DNA from: Obrimoposthia wandeli | Lineage: Eukaryota | NCBI GenBank assembly: GCA_977020255.1 | Contig: CDROCS010000998.1 | Coordinates: 62,001 to 126,000 of the forward strand | DNA: 64,000 nt | Direction: 5' to 3' | Shown: positions 36,823 through 47,841 of the stretch, in pieces | Layout: each line of letters opens with the position of its first letter | How positions within the stretch are numbered: position 1 is the first letter of the stretch | Made by a program: the position numbers and the translations under genes | Notes under the pieces: model-generated | Databases searched by the model: none | What the model saw: the letters and a program-made list of their open reading frames with translations, nothing else | Told to the model about the DNA's origin: nothing

Positions 36823-38301
36823 CTAAACAGTTTTAACCAACCGCGGAATAAAGACTTTGACCTCTAAGCCACCTTGCTCTGAATTATGGATAGTGAGATC
36901 CCCTCCGTGGGCATGCAAGATATTCCGAGCGATCCCCATGCCTAAGCCATGCCCTTCGTCATCTTTTGCTACACGAAAGTAAGGTTCAAACACATCTTCT
37001 AATAATGCTTCTGGAATGCCATCGCCTTGGTCTTTGATGATTAGTACGACGTCTTCAGGTTCATCTGAAATGATTAATTCAACGTGCTTTCCGTATTTCA
37101 CACCATTATCAATAAGATTACTTAGACACCGCTTTAATGCGAGGGGCTTACCCATTAGAGGCGACACCTTGGTATCTGGAATCACTACATGAATTTGTTC
37201 CGTGTTATGACGTTCTGCAATACTGTGTAGCATTTCAGATAGATCTACTTTCACAAGATTTTCATGTAAATCGGTATCTCGCACCGTTTGCAGCGCCCCT
37301 TTTACCATCATCTCTAATTCATCAAGATCGCGGTTAAACTTCTCAATTTTGGTGTCATCATCCATCAATTCCACCCGTAAACGCAGCCGTGTTATCGGTG
37401 TTTTTAAATCATGAGAAATTGATGAGAACAGGTGTTCACGGTCGTCTATATAACGTCGTAACCTCTGTTGCATCCGGTTGAATGCTTGAGTTGCCGTTAC
37501 AAGCTCACTCGCCCCTTCTTCTTTTAGAGGTGGCTGATAAATATCTAAACTCAATGCATTGGCAGCATTCGCTAACCGCTTTAATGGCTTGGTTTGACGA
37601 CGGATCATTAAGTAAGTGAAGAAAAGCAATAATGCGGTAATGAAAACCAAGAAGATAACTTGCTGCTTAGTAATAATTTCATCTTCGAGTGTAACGTAAG
37701 GGGCTGGCAATAACGCTGCAATATATAACCACTCATTTTCAGCCAGCTCAATTTGCACCACTAAGATCGGCGGATTCAATGGCTCTAAGCTCAATGTGTA
37801 GTGTGCCCAAGACGGTGGTAAATCACTCAGTAAAATATCATTTTTTAAGACATGCAATGTTTCAGGTCGTGAAAATTCCACTTTGATTTCATCAAGTCTT
37901 GGTAACTTTTCACTCAATACATTTTCAAAGACTGTAACAGCCGTATTTTTCATCACAGAGTTAGGAATGGGTGTAATGAGAATTTCTTCGGTATTAAAGG
38001 AGACAAAAAAACGTGTGCCACCCATATTCCGTAATTGGTCTAAAACAATATGACGATATTCTAATGGCAAGGATTGAAAGAAATTAACCGTAGAGGCAAA
38101 CATGTTAGCCATACTGGCCGAGGTAGATTCTAAGCCTTCAAGATCACGTTGTTTTGATTGACCATACCAAATCATGGTCGCAATCATTTGAGCAAGAAAG
38201 ACAGCCAGAAGTGTAAACCACAACGTGCGAGCCAATAAAGACTTCGGCCAAAGAGATTTCAATGTCATTTGAATAGTCGCCTTTTGCAATAAACCACTCA
38301 T
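36823..38301 (-). CDS. Sensor histidine kinase (2 TM, HAMP, HisKA, HATPase)
   Basis: SISHDLKTPITRL H-box; NLIDNGVKYG; DQGDGIP; GHGLGM. Confidence 0.93.
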   Translation of the reverse strand: MSGLLQKATIQMTLKSLWPKSLLARTLWFTLLAVFLAQMIATMIWYGQSKQRDLEGLESTSASMANMFASTVNFFQSLPLEYRHIVLDQLRNMGGTRFFVSFNTEEILITPIPNSVMKNTAVTVFENVLSEKLPRLDEIKVEFSRPETLHVLKNDILLSDLPPSWAHYTLSLEPLNPPILVVQIELAENEWLYIAALLPAPYVTLEDEIITKQQVIFLVFITALLLFFTYLMIRRQTKPLKRLANAANALSLDIYQPPLKEEGASELVTATQAFNRMQQRLRRYIDDREHLFSSISHDLKTPITRLRLRVELMDDDTKIEKFNRDLDELEMMVKGALQTVRDTDLHENLVKVDLSEMLHSIAERHNTEQIHVVIPDTKVSPLMGKPLALKRCLSNLIDNGVKYGKHVELIISDEPEDVVLIIKDQGDGIPEALLEDVFEPYFRVAKDDEGHGLGMGIARNILHAHGGDLTIHNSEQGGLEVKVFIPRLVKTV

Positions 38302-38413
38302 ACCTGAAATACCAAAAGTATCAAAACACGTCTGGATTGTTTATCGAAAAAAAGAAGATGGGAGCCAACCTAAGCGTGATTGTCTTTCGGCTGGCATTAT
38401 AGAAAAATGAAGT

Positions 38414-39139
38414 CTAGCTTTCGTATTTCACTTCAGGGATGAAGATATAGCCATTACCACGGCTTGTTTTGATAATACGCTGCGTTTTGCCTTTATCGCC
38501 TAAACGTTGACGTAAGCGGCTTAATTGCACATCAATACCACGCTCTGATGGTAAGGCTTCTCGACCACGCGTGGCACAAGAAATCGTATCGCGATCTAAA
38601 ATTTCATTAGGACGCGACAAAAACAACATTAACAATGAAAAATCACTGCCAGTTAACTCGTAATCTTTGCCCTTTTCTAAATCATATAAACGATGAGAAG
38701 CCGTCTCTAAACGCCAATGAGAGAACAAAATAGACTTGGGTGTTTCAGGCATTTTCTGCGTGACGGTTGGTTTCACACGACGCAATAATGCTTTAATACG
38801 TGCCATTAACTGCCTAGGACTAAAAGGTTTCGCAATATAATCATCTGCACCTAGCTCTAACCCAATGATCTGATCCATTTCATCCGACACGGCAGTCAGC
38901 ATAATGATTGGTACATCCGACGTTTTGCGAATGTATTGGCACAAAGTGAATCCATCGTCACCCGGCATCATCACATCCATTAAAATTAAGTCGGGATATC
39001 CACTCGCCAAACGGCGCTTCATTTCTTCACCTTCAGCAGCAGTGGTGACAGTAAAACCAGACTTGGTCAAATACTCGTCTAAAAGCTCGCGAATCTCCTG
39101 ATCGTCATCAACGACGAGCACCTTTTTGTTCGCAATCAT
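38414..39139 (-). CDS. OmpR-family response regulator
   Basis: VVDDD, LMDVMMPG, GADDYIAKPF; winged-helix C-terminus. Confidence 0.94.
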   Translation of the reverse strand: MIANKKVLVVDDDQEIRELLDEYLTKSGFTVTTAAEGEEMKRRLASGYPDLILMDVMMPGDDGFTLCQYIRKTSDVPIIMLTAVSDEMDQIIGLELGADDYIAKPFSPRQLMARIKALLRRVKPTVTQKMPETPKSILFSHWRLETASHRLYDLEKGKDYELTGSDFSLLMLFLSRPNEILDRDTISCATRGREALPSERGIDVQLSRLRQRLGDKGKTQRIIKTSRGNGYIFIPEVKYES

Positions 39140-39807
39140 TATGGAATTCCTTCTAACCTAGCAACATTACACGGTTCATTAACACAGAATTGATAGTGTT
39201 AATCAATGTTAAAGGGAAATCACTGCAAACTAATAGAAACTTTGACTTAGACAGTGTTTTTTTGAAGTAAATAATCGCTCAAACGAATTTCCGCGGCTTT
39301 TACAACCAAAATGGCAATCACTATAACAAGCAAGATAAACAACGCCATGCATATCTGACTGTTAACGATAAAATCAGATAAAAGCACAATCATCCACAAC
39401 ATACCGAAAAAGTTATCTTGGGATCTTATCGAATGATTGAATCCGCTTGAACGTTATCTTTACAATAATTCATCTTAGAACAAAGAGACGCTCAAAGAGT
39501 ACTGTTCCTTTTGATAAAAAAATCGAACTAATTATAGGGTCCACATGTCTATACTAAGTACTCCTACAAAAGACATGGATAATTTAATCTTTTGTTAATC
39601 AATGAGTTAGATGCAACCTGAGTCACGTGCCATAGATAAATAGTGCACGTTATCAACGTGTTAGATGTGAAGGGTTTACCTTGATTACTGCGGTCAATTT
39701 AGCAGCAATCTTGACCAACTCGTCATTTTTGACCGTTTGTATTCGTAAATTACACTCATTTTGCTATAACTTAATTACAGGCTAACAAGTAAGAGAGAAG
39801 TGACTTT

Positions 39808-40164
39808 ATGAAAATAAATATTCAAAATCACCACATATCATTAGGTGATGAGACAAGACAAGACATAGAAAATAAATTCAGCAAGATCGTCTCTCATTTC
39901 CCAGACCTAGTAAGCTCAGACATTATTATCACAAAAGAACATAACCAACACCGCGTAGAAGTTTTTACTAATTATGAGGGTGTACGAGTTTCAGCAAAAG
40001 CAACAGAAAGCGTAATGTACCCAGCAATTGCTGCGGCATTGAAAAAGCTAGAAACAGGCTTACATAACCGAAAAGGTCAATTAAAAGCAGACCTACACGC
40101 AAAGCCAACTAGCACCAAACCTGAAATTGCTTCAGATATCATCCAAGAGATGAAACTAGTTTAA
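39808..40164 (+). CDS. Ribosome hibernation factor (HPF/RaiA, S30AE family)
   Basis: MKINIQNHHI... and MYPAIAAALKKLETGL pattern. Confidence 0.85.
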   Translation: MKINIQNHHISLGDETRQDIENKFSKIVSHFPDLVSSDIIITKEHNQHRVEVFTNYEGVRVSAKATESVMYPAIAAALKKLETGLHNRKGQLKADLHAKPTSTKPEIASDIIQEMKLV

Positions 40165-40276
40165 TCGCTCACAGGCAGATTAATAAATGGTTGTAAGTTC
40201 GATCTCAGACGAGGTTGAACTTACATATACATCCCCCTAGTATTCACTTCATGTAAGCAATACATATTCCATCATT

Positions 40277-40726
40277 TTATAACGGTAATGGTGTCCCCGA
40301 TTTAACCGGTCTAATCGCTAAATTAGTATTAATATCTTTTACCATGCTCAATGTTTGTAGCTTGCGCATAAACGATTCGTAATGGGTCAAATCTTTACTC
40401 ACCACTTCCAGCAAATAATCGTATGAACCAGAAATTACATGACAACTAATCACCTCTGACATGCAATTCACCGCATTTTCAAATTCACTAATGGCTTGGT
40501 CACGATGGTTACTCAGGCTTACATTAACAAAAAATGTCATCATCAAACCCAGCTTTTGCCGATCCAATTTTACTTGGTAACCTGAAATAATCCCGTCTGA
40601 TTCCAACTTTTTAATGCGACGAGCACAAGGAGACGTCGATAGCCCGACACTTTCGGCAATATCAGCCGTTGTTTTACGAACATCGCTTTGAAGTTCCGCT
40701 AATATTTGCTTATCTTTCTTATCCAC
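40277..40726 (-). CDS. Lrp/AsnC family regulator
   Basis: DKKDKQILAELQ, GLSTSPCARRIKKLESDGII, SGSYDYLL. Confidence 0.93.
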   Translation of the reverse strand: MDKKDKQILAELQSDVRKTTADIAESVGLSTSPCARRIKKLESDGIISGYQVKLDRQKLGLMMTFFVNVSLSNHRDQAISEFENAVNCMSEVISCHVISGSYDYLLEVVSKDLTHYESFMRKLQTLSMVKDINTNLAIRPVKSGTPLPL

Positions 40727-40904
40727 CAGCTCATCCCTTTTCTAGTTTTGATAAAAACAGCCAATTTATCACTCAATATTAGAAAATATCACCAATATTA
40801 AGCAACAATCAACACTACTTTGCCAACATTACCCTACCGTTGTTACCGATAATAAAGTACTGCACACGCTGTGCTATCAATTATCAATAAGAGAATGGTG
40901 AGAC

Positions 40905-41822
40905 ATGGAAATCCAAACAAGAAAAGAATTCGGCTTTGGCTTAATGGCGATGGGCGTTACATTGCTGATTTGGGCAAGTTTTTTCATCTCACTACGCGCA
41001 TCGAGCCAATCAGCACTCACCATTGGGGATATTGCACTTTTACGCTTCTTACCTGCCGCGTTAGTTTTTGGCTGGCTTGCCTTACCCAAAGCGAAAAAAA
41101 TCAAACAAACCCCTAAGCGCTATCTGCTTGCTATCGCATTGGGTGCTGGCCTACCCTTTTTATTATTGGCAGCCAATGGATTACGTTATGCCCCCGTTGC
41201 TGATGGTGCATCGTTGATCCCTGGGATCTTGCCCTTATTCGTGACGTCAATTGCGGCGCTTTGCTATCGAGAACGTATTTCTTCAATGCGAAAAGTCGGC
41301 ATCATGCTGATATTTATTGGTATTTCCTTATTTCTAACAAAATCTCTATTAAGTGGGAATGGTCAAATTTCCACGGGTCATATATTGCTTTTAATGGCGA
41401 GTTTCAGTTGGGCGTGGTTTACGATTGCAATGCGAGTATCGGGCTTAACCCCTATTGAAGGCGGGGCGGTATTATCACTCTCGGCATCTATCTGCTTACC
41501 TGTATTGTACTTATTGGGTTTGGTTGATTTTAACTTACTGAATGCACCAAGCAGTGAAATCGCTTTTCACTTTATTATCCAAGGCATTGCGGCTGGGCTT
41601 ATCGCAAACTTCACTTTTGGCTATGCCATTTCACGTTTAGGCGCTGAAATGAGCGCCGCACTAGGATCATTTACCCCTGTATTAGCTGCTTTAATTGCCG
41701 TGCCTATGTTTGGCGAATCACTGAATATGAATACCATTTTGGCAATGATGCTGATTGTTCTAGGGGCAATATCAGCCAGTGAGATAATTAGACCCAAGAA
41801 GGTCGCAATAAAAGTTGGTTAA
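40905..41822 (+). CDS. DMT/EamA family transporter
   Basis: Ten TM segments, two EamA repeats; divergent from Lrp. Confidence 0.88.
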   Translation: MEIQTRKEFGFGLMAMGVTLLIWASFFISLRASSQSALTIGDIALLRFLPAALVFGWLALPKAKKIKQTPKRYLLAIALGAGLPFLLLAANGLRYAPVADGASLIPGILPLFVTSIAALCYRERISSMRKVGIMLIFIGISLFLTKSLLSGNGQISTGHILLLMASFSWAWFTIAMRVSGLTPIEGGAVLSLSASICLPVLYLLGLVDFNLLNAPSSEIAFHFIIQGIAAGLIANFTFGYAISRLGAEMSAALGSFTPVLAALIAVPMFGESLNMNTILAMMLIVLGAISASEIIRPKKVAIKVG

Positions 41823-41970
41823 TTAATACGACCGCTTTATATAGAAAATCGAACATACCATTTCAGCAAACTATCTTTTCATGCCCCATAACCTGTGGGG
41901 TGAAAGACACGCCCCATGTACAATCAAAACTAAAAATCTCTTCTCTCCGACCACACTAAGGCTTTTTTCT

Positions 41971-43623
41971 GTGTACACCGAACAATTTATGATGCTGCTG
42001 GCGGTATTTGAACGCGCAGCACTGATGCTAATGGCATTGTTTTTCTTAACGCGTACCAACCTGTTCCAGCATATTGTTATCAAAACCCAACGACACCCCG
42101 TTGAAACAGCGCTCATCTCTGCACTTTTCATTTTATTTGCTGTTTTTAGTACCTACACGGGCGTCAATGTTGATGGTTCACTCATTAATGTTCGTATTAT
42201 TGCAGTCTTATCTGGTGGGATCATTTTTGGGCCTTGGGTGGGCATTCCCGCAGGTATTATTTCAGGCTTGCACCGCTACCTTATCGACATGAACGGCCCT
42301 ACCTCGGTAGCTTGTTTAATATCCAGTACAATTGCAGGGTTATTGGCAACATGGATCCATTTTCGATGCCACAAAAAATCGTACGCAAAATGGGGCATTC
42401 TTGCAGGTATGTTCTGCGAAATATTAACCATGATTTTAATTGTGAGCTTATCTGAAGATAAGCAGCTGGCTTACACCATTGTGGAACATATTAGCGTACC
42501 TATGATCGCAGGAGCGGTGTGCATTGGGCTCATTATCAAATTGGTTCAAGATTTAGATGAAGAAAAAGATTTAATCGCGGCTAAACAAGCAAAACTTGCC
42601 CTCGATATTGCCAACAAAACCCTGCCTTATTTTCGAAATAATCATCGAGATTCGCTGACGAAAGTATGCGGCATTATTCGTGAAGAAACCCATGCAGATG
42701 CGGTCGCTATTACCGATGTTAAAGACGTATTAGCTTACGTAGGTATAGGGCAAGAAAACTACTTGGATGCATACCATAAAATCAGTTTGATGACCCAACA
42801 AGCCGTCAATACTGGTGAGCAAATCATTAGTAACAATCTTAATGTGCACGGCTTTCATTCATTGTTAATTATTCCACTATGGGAAAACGGTGCCGTTAGC
42901 GGAACATTAAAAATATTCTACCACCAGCCACACCGTATTCGGCCGTCATTACGTGAAATGACGATAGGCTTATCACAATTGATTTCCACTCAGATGGAAG
43001 TCTCACGCCTTGAACAATTGAAAGCCATGACCAGCAAAGCTGAACTTTCTGCGCTACAAAGCAAAATTAATCCGCATTTTTTATTTAATGCATTGAATGC
43101 CATTTCAACGTTAGTGCGTATTCACCCTGATAAAGCACGTCAATTAATTGCTAATTTAGCGGATTTTTTGCGATATAACCTCGAACGTAATAATGACTTG
43201 ATCGATATCCAAGAAGAGTTACAACAAGTAAGAGATTATGTCGCCATTGAGCAAGCCCGCTTTGGTGACAAGCTAGAAGTAACGTTCGATGTTGATGATG
43301 TGCATCCCACTATTCCCTGTTTATTGATTCAGCCGTTGGTAGAGAATGCGATTCAGCATGGTATTCAACCTTCTCGTCAGCCCGGGAAAGTGAATATTTC
43401 AGTAAAGCGGGATGCTGAACGATTCAAAATAACTATTCAAAACACAGGAATAGGGATTAGCCAAAATGCCATTGATAAGCTTTATAACGGCACGATGGAA
43501 AGCCACCATATTGGTTTAATGAATGTACATCAGCGGATTTCATTATTGTATGGCGAAGGTTTATACATCAAACGTCTTGAGCAAGGCACAGAAGTTGTAT
43601 TTTACGTCAACGAATTGAAATAA
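41971..43623 (+). CDS. ypdA: LytS-type sensor kinase (5TMR-LYT, GAF)
   Basis: MLLAVFERAALML start like YpdA; LQSKINPHFLFNALNAI; LIQPLVENAIQHG; start placed at GTG 41971. Confidence 0.85.
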   Translation: MYTEQFMMLLAVFERAALMLMALFFLTRTNLFQHIVIKTQRHPVETALISALFILFAVFSTYTGVNVDGSLINVRIIAVLSGGIIFGPWVGIPAGIISGLHRYLIDMNGPTSVACLISSTIAGLLATWIHFRCHKKSYAKWGILAGMFCEILTMILIVSLSEDKQLAYTIVEHISVPMIAGAVCIGLIIKLVQDLDEEKDLIAAKQAKLALDIANKTLPYFRNNHRDSLTKVCGIIREETHADAVAITDVKDVLAYVGIGQENYLDAYHKISLMTQQAVNTGEQIISNNLNVHGFHSLLIIPLWENGAVSGTLKIFYHQPHRIRPSLREMTIGLSQLISTQMEVSRLEQLKAMTSKAELSALQSKINPHFLFNALNAISTLVRIHPDKARQLIANLADFLRYNLERNNDLIDIQEELQQVRDYVAIEQARFGDKLEVTFDVDDVHPTIPCLLIQPLVENAIQHGIQPSRQPGKVNISVKRDAERFKITIQNTGIGISQNAIDKLYNGTMESHHIGLMNVHQRISLLYGEGLYIKRLEQGTEVVFYVNELK

Positions 43624-43633
43624 AGGTCATACC

Positions 43634-44356
43634 ATGTTGAAAGCCCTAATCGTAGAGGATGAATATTTAGCAAGGGAAGAGCTGACGTATTTAATTGAAC
43701 GCCATAGTAATATCCAGATTATCGCTACCTTTGAGGATGGTTTAGAGGCCTTTAAGTATCTCCAAACCCATAAGGTCGATATTGCTTTTTTAGACATTAA
43801 TGTGCCGTCGATCGATGGCATGTTGCTAGCACGTAATATCCATCAATTCTCTGAAAAACCGCATATTGTCTTTACGACGGCCTATAAAGAATTTGCGGTC
43901 GATGCTTTTGAACTTGAAGCCTTTGATTACATACTAAAACCACTGAATGAAAAACGCATCATCGGGTTATTAGCCAAACTAGAAGCGGCTCATCAATGCC
44001 AAGTAACACAACCTGAAAAAGTCAGGGCTAAAACCCTTAACTTGGTTAAAGACAACCGTATTTTCGTTACCGCAGTCGACGATATTTATTATGCTGTGGC
44101 CAATGAAAAAGTGACCAATGTCTTTACCAAAGAAGGTGCTTTTATTGTCCCTTTCACGATGAGTGAATTAATCAATCGCTTACCTGAAAAAGGTTTTTTC
44201 CGCACCCATCGTTCTTACTGTGTGAACGTAGAAAAAATACAAGAAATCATTCCTTGGATAAACTGTACCTACCAACTTAAGGTGCACGGTATCGGCAGTG
44301 AAATACCAGTGAGTCGTAGTAACATAAAAGCATTTCGTGAATTAATGAAATTGTAA
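43634..44356 (+). CDS. ypdB: LytTR response regulator
   Basis: IVEDEYLAREEL, FLDIN, AFDYILKP, FFRTHRSYCVN, IPVSRS. Confidence 0.87.
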   Translation: MLKALIVEDEYLAREELTYLIERHSNIQIIATFEDGLEAFKYLQTHKVDIAFLDINVPSIDGMLLARNIHQFSEKPHIVFTTAYKEFAVDAFELEAFDYILKPLNEKRIIGLLAKLEAAHQCQVTQPEKVRAKTLNLVKDNRIFVTAVDDIYYAVANEKVTNVFTKEGAFIVPFTMSELINRLPEKGFFRTHRSYCVNVEKIQEIIPWINCTYQLKVHGIGSEIPVSRSNIKAFRELMKL

Positions 44357-44371
44357 TTCATACCGCTATAT

Positions 44372-44402
44372 TGCACTTCATTCCGCACTTATTGCATTTC
44401 AT
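44372..44402 (+). promoter_or_regulatory. LytTR (YpdB-type) direct-repeat binding site
   Basis: TGCACTTCAT-N11-TGCATTTCAT upstream of the yhjX-like gene. Confidence 0.8.
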
Positions 44403-44515
44403 TTTTTATTCTTTTCTCCCTATTGTTATCTCCAACGTACACCGTATTTTAGTGGCTTAACAAGGTGACAAACACTGTCACTTTAACGCTTTTAAATTCG
44501 TTGGAGATTAACGTT

Positions 44516-45730
44516 ATGGCGGCTCAAATATCAAACCGAGATCGACTCTTTACGTTGTTTGGCACTATCATCACCCAATTTGCTTTAGGGTCGGTGTATA
44601 CGTGGAGTCTATTTAACTCACAACTGGCAGACAAGCTATCAGAGCCTGTTAGCCGCGTGGCTTTTTCTTTTGGTATTTTAAGTTTAGCGTTAGCCGTTGC
44701 ATCATCGTTGTCAGGCAAACTGCAAGAACGCTTTGGTGTACGTAAAGTTACTATTTGCTCTGGCCTATTATTGGGTGCAAGTTTATTACTGACAGCCCAT
44801 GCGTCTAACCTGATTTTACTGTATGTCTTCGCGGGTTTGTTAGTGGGCTTTGCTGACGGCACAGGTTATCTGATGACCTTATCTAACTGCGTAAAGCTAT
44901 TCCCCGAGCGTAAAGGTTTGGTCTCTGCGTGTGCCATTGGTGCTTATGGTTTAGGTAGCCTTGGGTTTAAATACATCAACATGTACTTTCTAACAAACAC
45001 TGGATTGGAAAACACTTTTAGCACCTGGGGAGTTATAGCTATGGTCATGGTTATCCTTGGCGGTCTAATGATGAAAGATGCACCCAAGCAAGAGCAGAAA
45101 AATACAACAGAAACACCTGTTCGTGATTACACTCTGGCAGAGGCTGTAAAATGCTCACAGTTTTGGATGCTAGCATTGGTCTTTCTAACCGTTTGTATGA
45201 GTGGCCTGTACGTTATTGGTGTCGCAAAAGATATCGGTGAGAGTTATGAGCATCTTCCTATGGCAATCGCTGCAACATCAGTCGCTATTATTGCCGTAGC
45301 AAACCTGAGTGGTCGTTTAGTGCTTGGCGTGCTTTCAGATAGCTTTAGCCGTATTAAAGTCATCGCTATTGCACTCTTCATCTGCTTAATCGGCGTGTGT
45401 GCGCTACTTTTTGCTCACCAAAGTACGGTTAGTTTCTATTTTGCAGTCGCATGTATTGCATTTAGTTTTGGTGGCACGATTACCGTGTTCCCATCATTGA
45501 TCAGTGATTTCTTCGGCTTAAACAACCTAACGAAAAACTACGGCTTAATTTATCTTGGCTTTGGTATCGGCAGTATCGTGGGTTCTATTGTCGCCTCGCT
45601 CTTCGGTGGATTCGTAGCAACCTTCTACCTTATGTTAGGGCTATTAGTGATCTCGTTCGTCATTGCGCTCACTATCAAGCTTCCTGATTCACAGCAAAAT
45701 AACCTTTCTGCCCAGCCAATTATGGCTTAG
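44516..45730 (+). CDS. yhjX: OFA-family MFS transporter
   Basis: RLFTLFGTIITQFALGSVYTWSLFN, FPERKGLVSAC, KNYGLIY; GGAG RBS before ATG 44516. Confidence 0.88.
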   Translation: MAAQISNRDRLFTLFGTIITQFALGSVYTWSLFNSQLADKLSEPVSRVAFSFGILSLALAVASSLSGKLQERFGVRKVTICSGLLLGASLLLTAHASNLILLYVFAGLLVGFADGTGYLMTLSNCVKLFPERKGLVSACAIGAYGLGSLGFKYINMYFLTNTGLENTFSTWGVIAMVMVILGGLMMKDAPKQEQKNTTETPVRDYTLAEAVKCSQFWMLALVFLTVCMSGLYVIGVAKDIGESYEHLPMAIAATSVAIIAVANLSGRLVLGVLSDSFSRIKVIAIALFICLIGVCALLFAHQSTVSFYFAVACIAFSFGGTITVFPSLISDFFGLNNLTKNYGLIYLGFGIGSIVGSIVASLFGGFVATFYLMLGLLVISFVIALTIKLPDSQQNNLSAQPIMA

Positions 45731-45747
45731 CCATTGGCAGTAAGAAA

Positions 45748-47770
45748 ATCGAGTAGGGTGAGGCGTTACCGCCTCATCCCTCTCACAGAACCGTACGTAC
45801 GGACCTCGTATACGGCTCCTGTAGTCTTCTATTCCCTATCTTACAGGGAGCAAGATCCCTGTTTTCACTTCGTCTATCGCATATAAGCCAACTTCCTTGA
45901 ACCATTGATTCGGCATGGCATAGTGGGATAATGGACTCGCGGCTTCTTCCACAGCTTTAATTGTAAACGCCTCAGTCTACGCCTTATCCATCCCGCCAAT
46001 TGGGTTAGCTTTCGGCTTATATTCGCTATCTTAAAGTAGTTGACGGTTCCTCTCAGAACAGGATTCAGTTCTTTAAGCACCATGGCTAAGTTCTTTCCAC
46101 TGTTTCGTCGGGTGAGCCGCTTTACTTTGGCTTTAAAGTGGTTGAACTTCTTTTCTTGTATCCGTGTAGAGTGTGTCCCTATCACAACGCCAAGAAATTT
46201 AACCCCTTCGTCACTGTGGGCGATATGAGTTTTGCGTTCATTCACTGTTAGCTTCAGTTGCTTTTCCAAGATATGACTGGCGACTTTTCTCGCATGCTCG
46301 GCGGCAGCTTGCGTGCAGCACAAGATCAGAATATCGTCAGCGTAGCGCACTATTCGGTGATTTCGCTTCTTCATGTCTTGATCAAAGGCATCGAGATAAA
46401 TATTGGCAAGCAGTGGACTGAACACGCCACCTTGTGGGCTTCCCAGCTCACTTTTCTGCCAACCGTCACCTATCATGACCCCACTTTTCAGGAATTTATC
46501 TATCAGCCTTAGAATACTGCCGTCTGTGATACGTCGTTTGACTGATTGGATGATCAGGTCATGATCGAGCATATCAAAGCATTTCGACAGATCCATATCT
46601 ACCACATGTCGACGCCCATACTGGCGTATAAACATCGTGGCTTTACTGATGGCCTGATGACAACTCCTACCCAGACGATAACCATAACTTGATGGATGAA
46701 AGTCGGGATCGAAGATGGGGGTCATGATGGTCGATAGACATTGTTGAACTATTCGGTCTCGAACTGCGGGGATCCCCAATAAACGTATGCCGCCGTCATC
46801 TTTTGGGATCTCGACGCGCTTAACGGGTTGCGGTTGATACCGCTTTTCTTGCAGTTCAAGCAGTAACTGTTTGAGGTTACTTTCCAGATCTTGCGCAAAA
46901 TCTTCCACGCACTGCCCGTCTACGCCGGGAGCGCCTTTGTTTTTCCACACTTTTCTGAATCCCTCATAGAGCGCTTGCATTGAAAGCAGGCGTCCATACA
47001 GGCTGTAATATATTCGCACGGTTACTGTCTCACATCACTGTCCATTCGCTATTTCCAAGTCAGTTCGGTTTGTTTCGTCACCGCAGTTAGGTGTTCTAGC
47101 ATTTCGCAATCTGCCCAACCCGCCTTCTTGCCTCCAATGAGTAGGAATGACTACTCCCTATGTGCAGCTCCTAGCCATCGCGCCGATTTCACTCTTTGCC
47201 ATTGGGAGGATGCCCCGCCTAATCGGCAGCTTGTGCACCTGTTTTGGTTTTTCGCTTCTTTTCAGTGTATTAAAGATTACTTCCCCCCTTCGCAACCCAC
47301 ATAGCTTTTGGCATATGTTAGCTCCAGCAAACACGTTGCTGCTGGTCGGTTCAGTTTTATCCTCCACACCATTACTGGGTTTCACTGGCTGAACTTTACT
47401 CACTACTACGGGTTCATCTGCCACCTCACACCAACATAAGCCTTGAATCACTTCTTGTGCTTATGCTTCCAGCCTTATGCTGGAGTTGATGCCAGGCTTC
47501 CTCGGTTACTGCACCAGTCCCTGTTAGAGATCCCATCCCTTTCACGTGATTGGTTTGTCTGAGTATCGGGCTTCGTGCTATTGCGGACACTTACCCACCA
47601 ATCCCGCCACATATGGGTTCACTTGCGTTATGTACCTCTAACTTCCTATGGCTTCCTTCAGACCTCATCGTTGGCCAATGACGCCCTTGCCATTCGGATT
47701 ATCTTCCCCTCAGTCTGGGTGATTCTGCTTTCTTTCAAGCAGACGGGTTTGCTGGCTTCGCCGAGCAAAC
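45748..47770 (-). mobile_element. Group II intron, class C (terminator-targeting)
   Basis: 5' end GTTTGCTCGGC right after a terminator hairpin; domain V GAGCCGTATACGAGGTCCGTACGTACGGTTC; domain VI ending CCCTACTCGAT; candidate EBS1 ACAA (47455-47458) pairs with exon end TTGT; RT ORF lacks an endonuclease domain. Confidence 0.93.
45836..47019 (-). pseudogene. ltrA: Group II intron reverse transcriptase/maturase with internal deletion and frameshift in domain X
   Basis: RT motifs KGAPGVDG, RLLGIPAVRDR, GSPQGGVFSPLLANIYL, YADD. After KLWKKP the frame shifts; the normal-looking tail AASPLSHYAMPNQWFKEVGLYAIDEVKTG...* lies in another frame ending at 45836. Confidence 0.85.
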
Positions 47771-47772
47771 AC

Positions 47773-47803
47773 AAAAAGAGAGAGCAATTGCTCTCTCTTT
47801 TTT
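47773..47803. terminator. Bidirectional terminator (aguA / yhjX), intron target
   Basis: AAAAAGAGAGAGCAATTGCTCTCTCTTTTTT perfect palindrome. Confidence 0.9.
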
Positions 47804-47841
47804 ATCCTATTCATCTTCTCAATTACGAATAGCTTGTTTTA

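Noticed and set aside
45874-47019. RT as retron, DGR or anti-phage RT
   Set aside because: Clear domain V/VI, class C insertion geometry and a group II-type RT0-7+X layout explain it fully.
47147-47832. ORFs 47147..47392, 47158..47451 and 47575..47832
   Set aside because: They overlap structured intron RNA domains I-III; no protein motifs.
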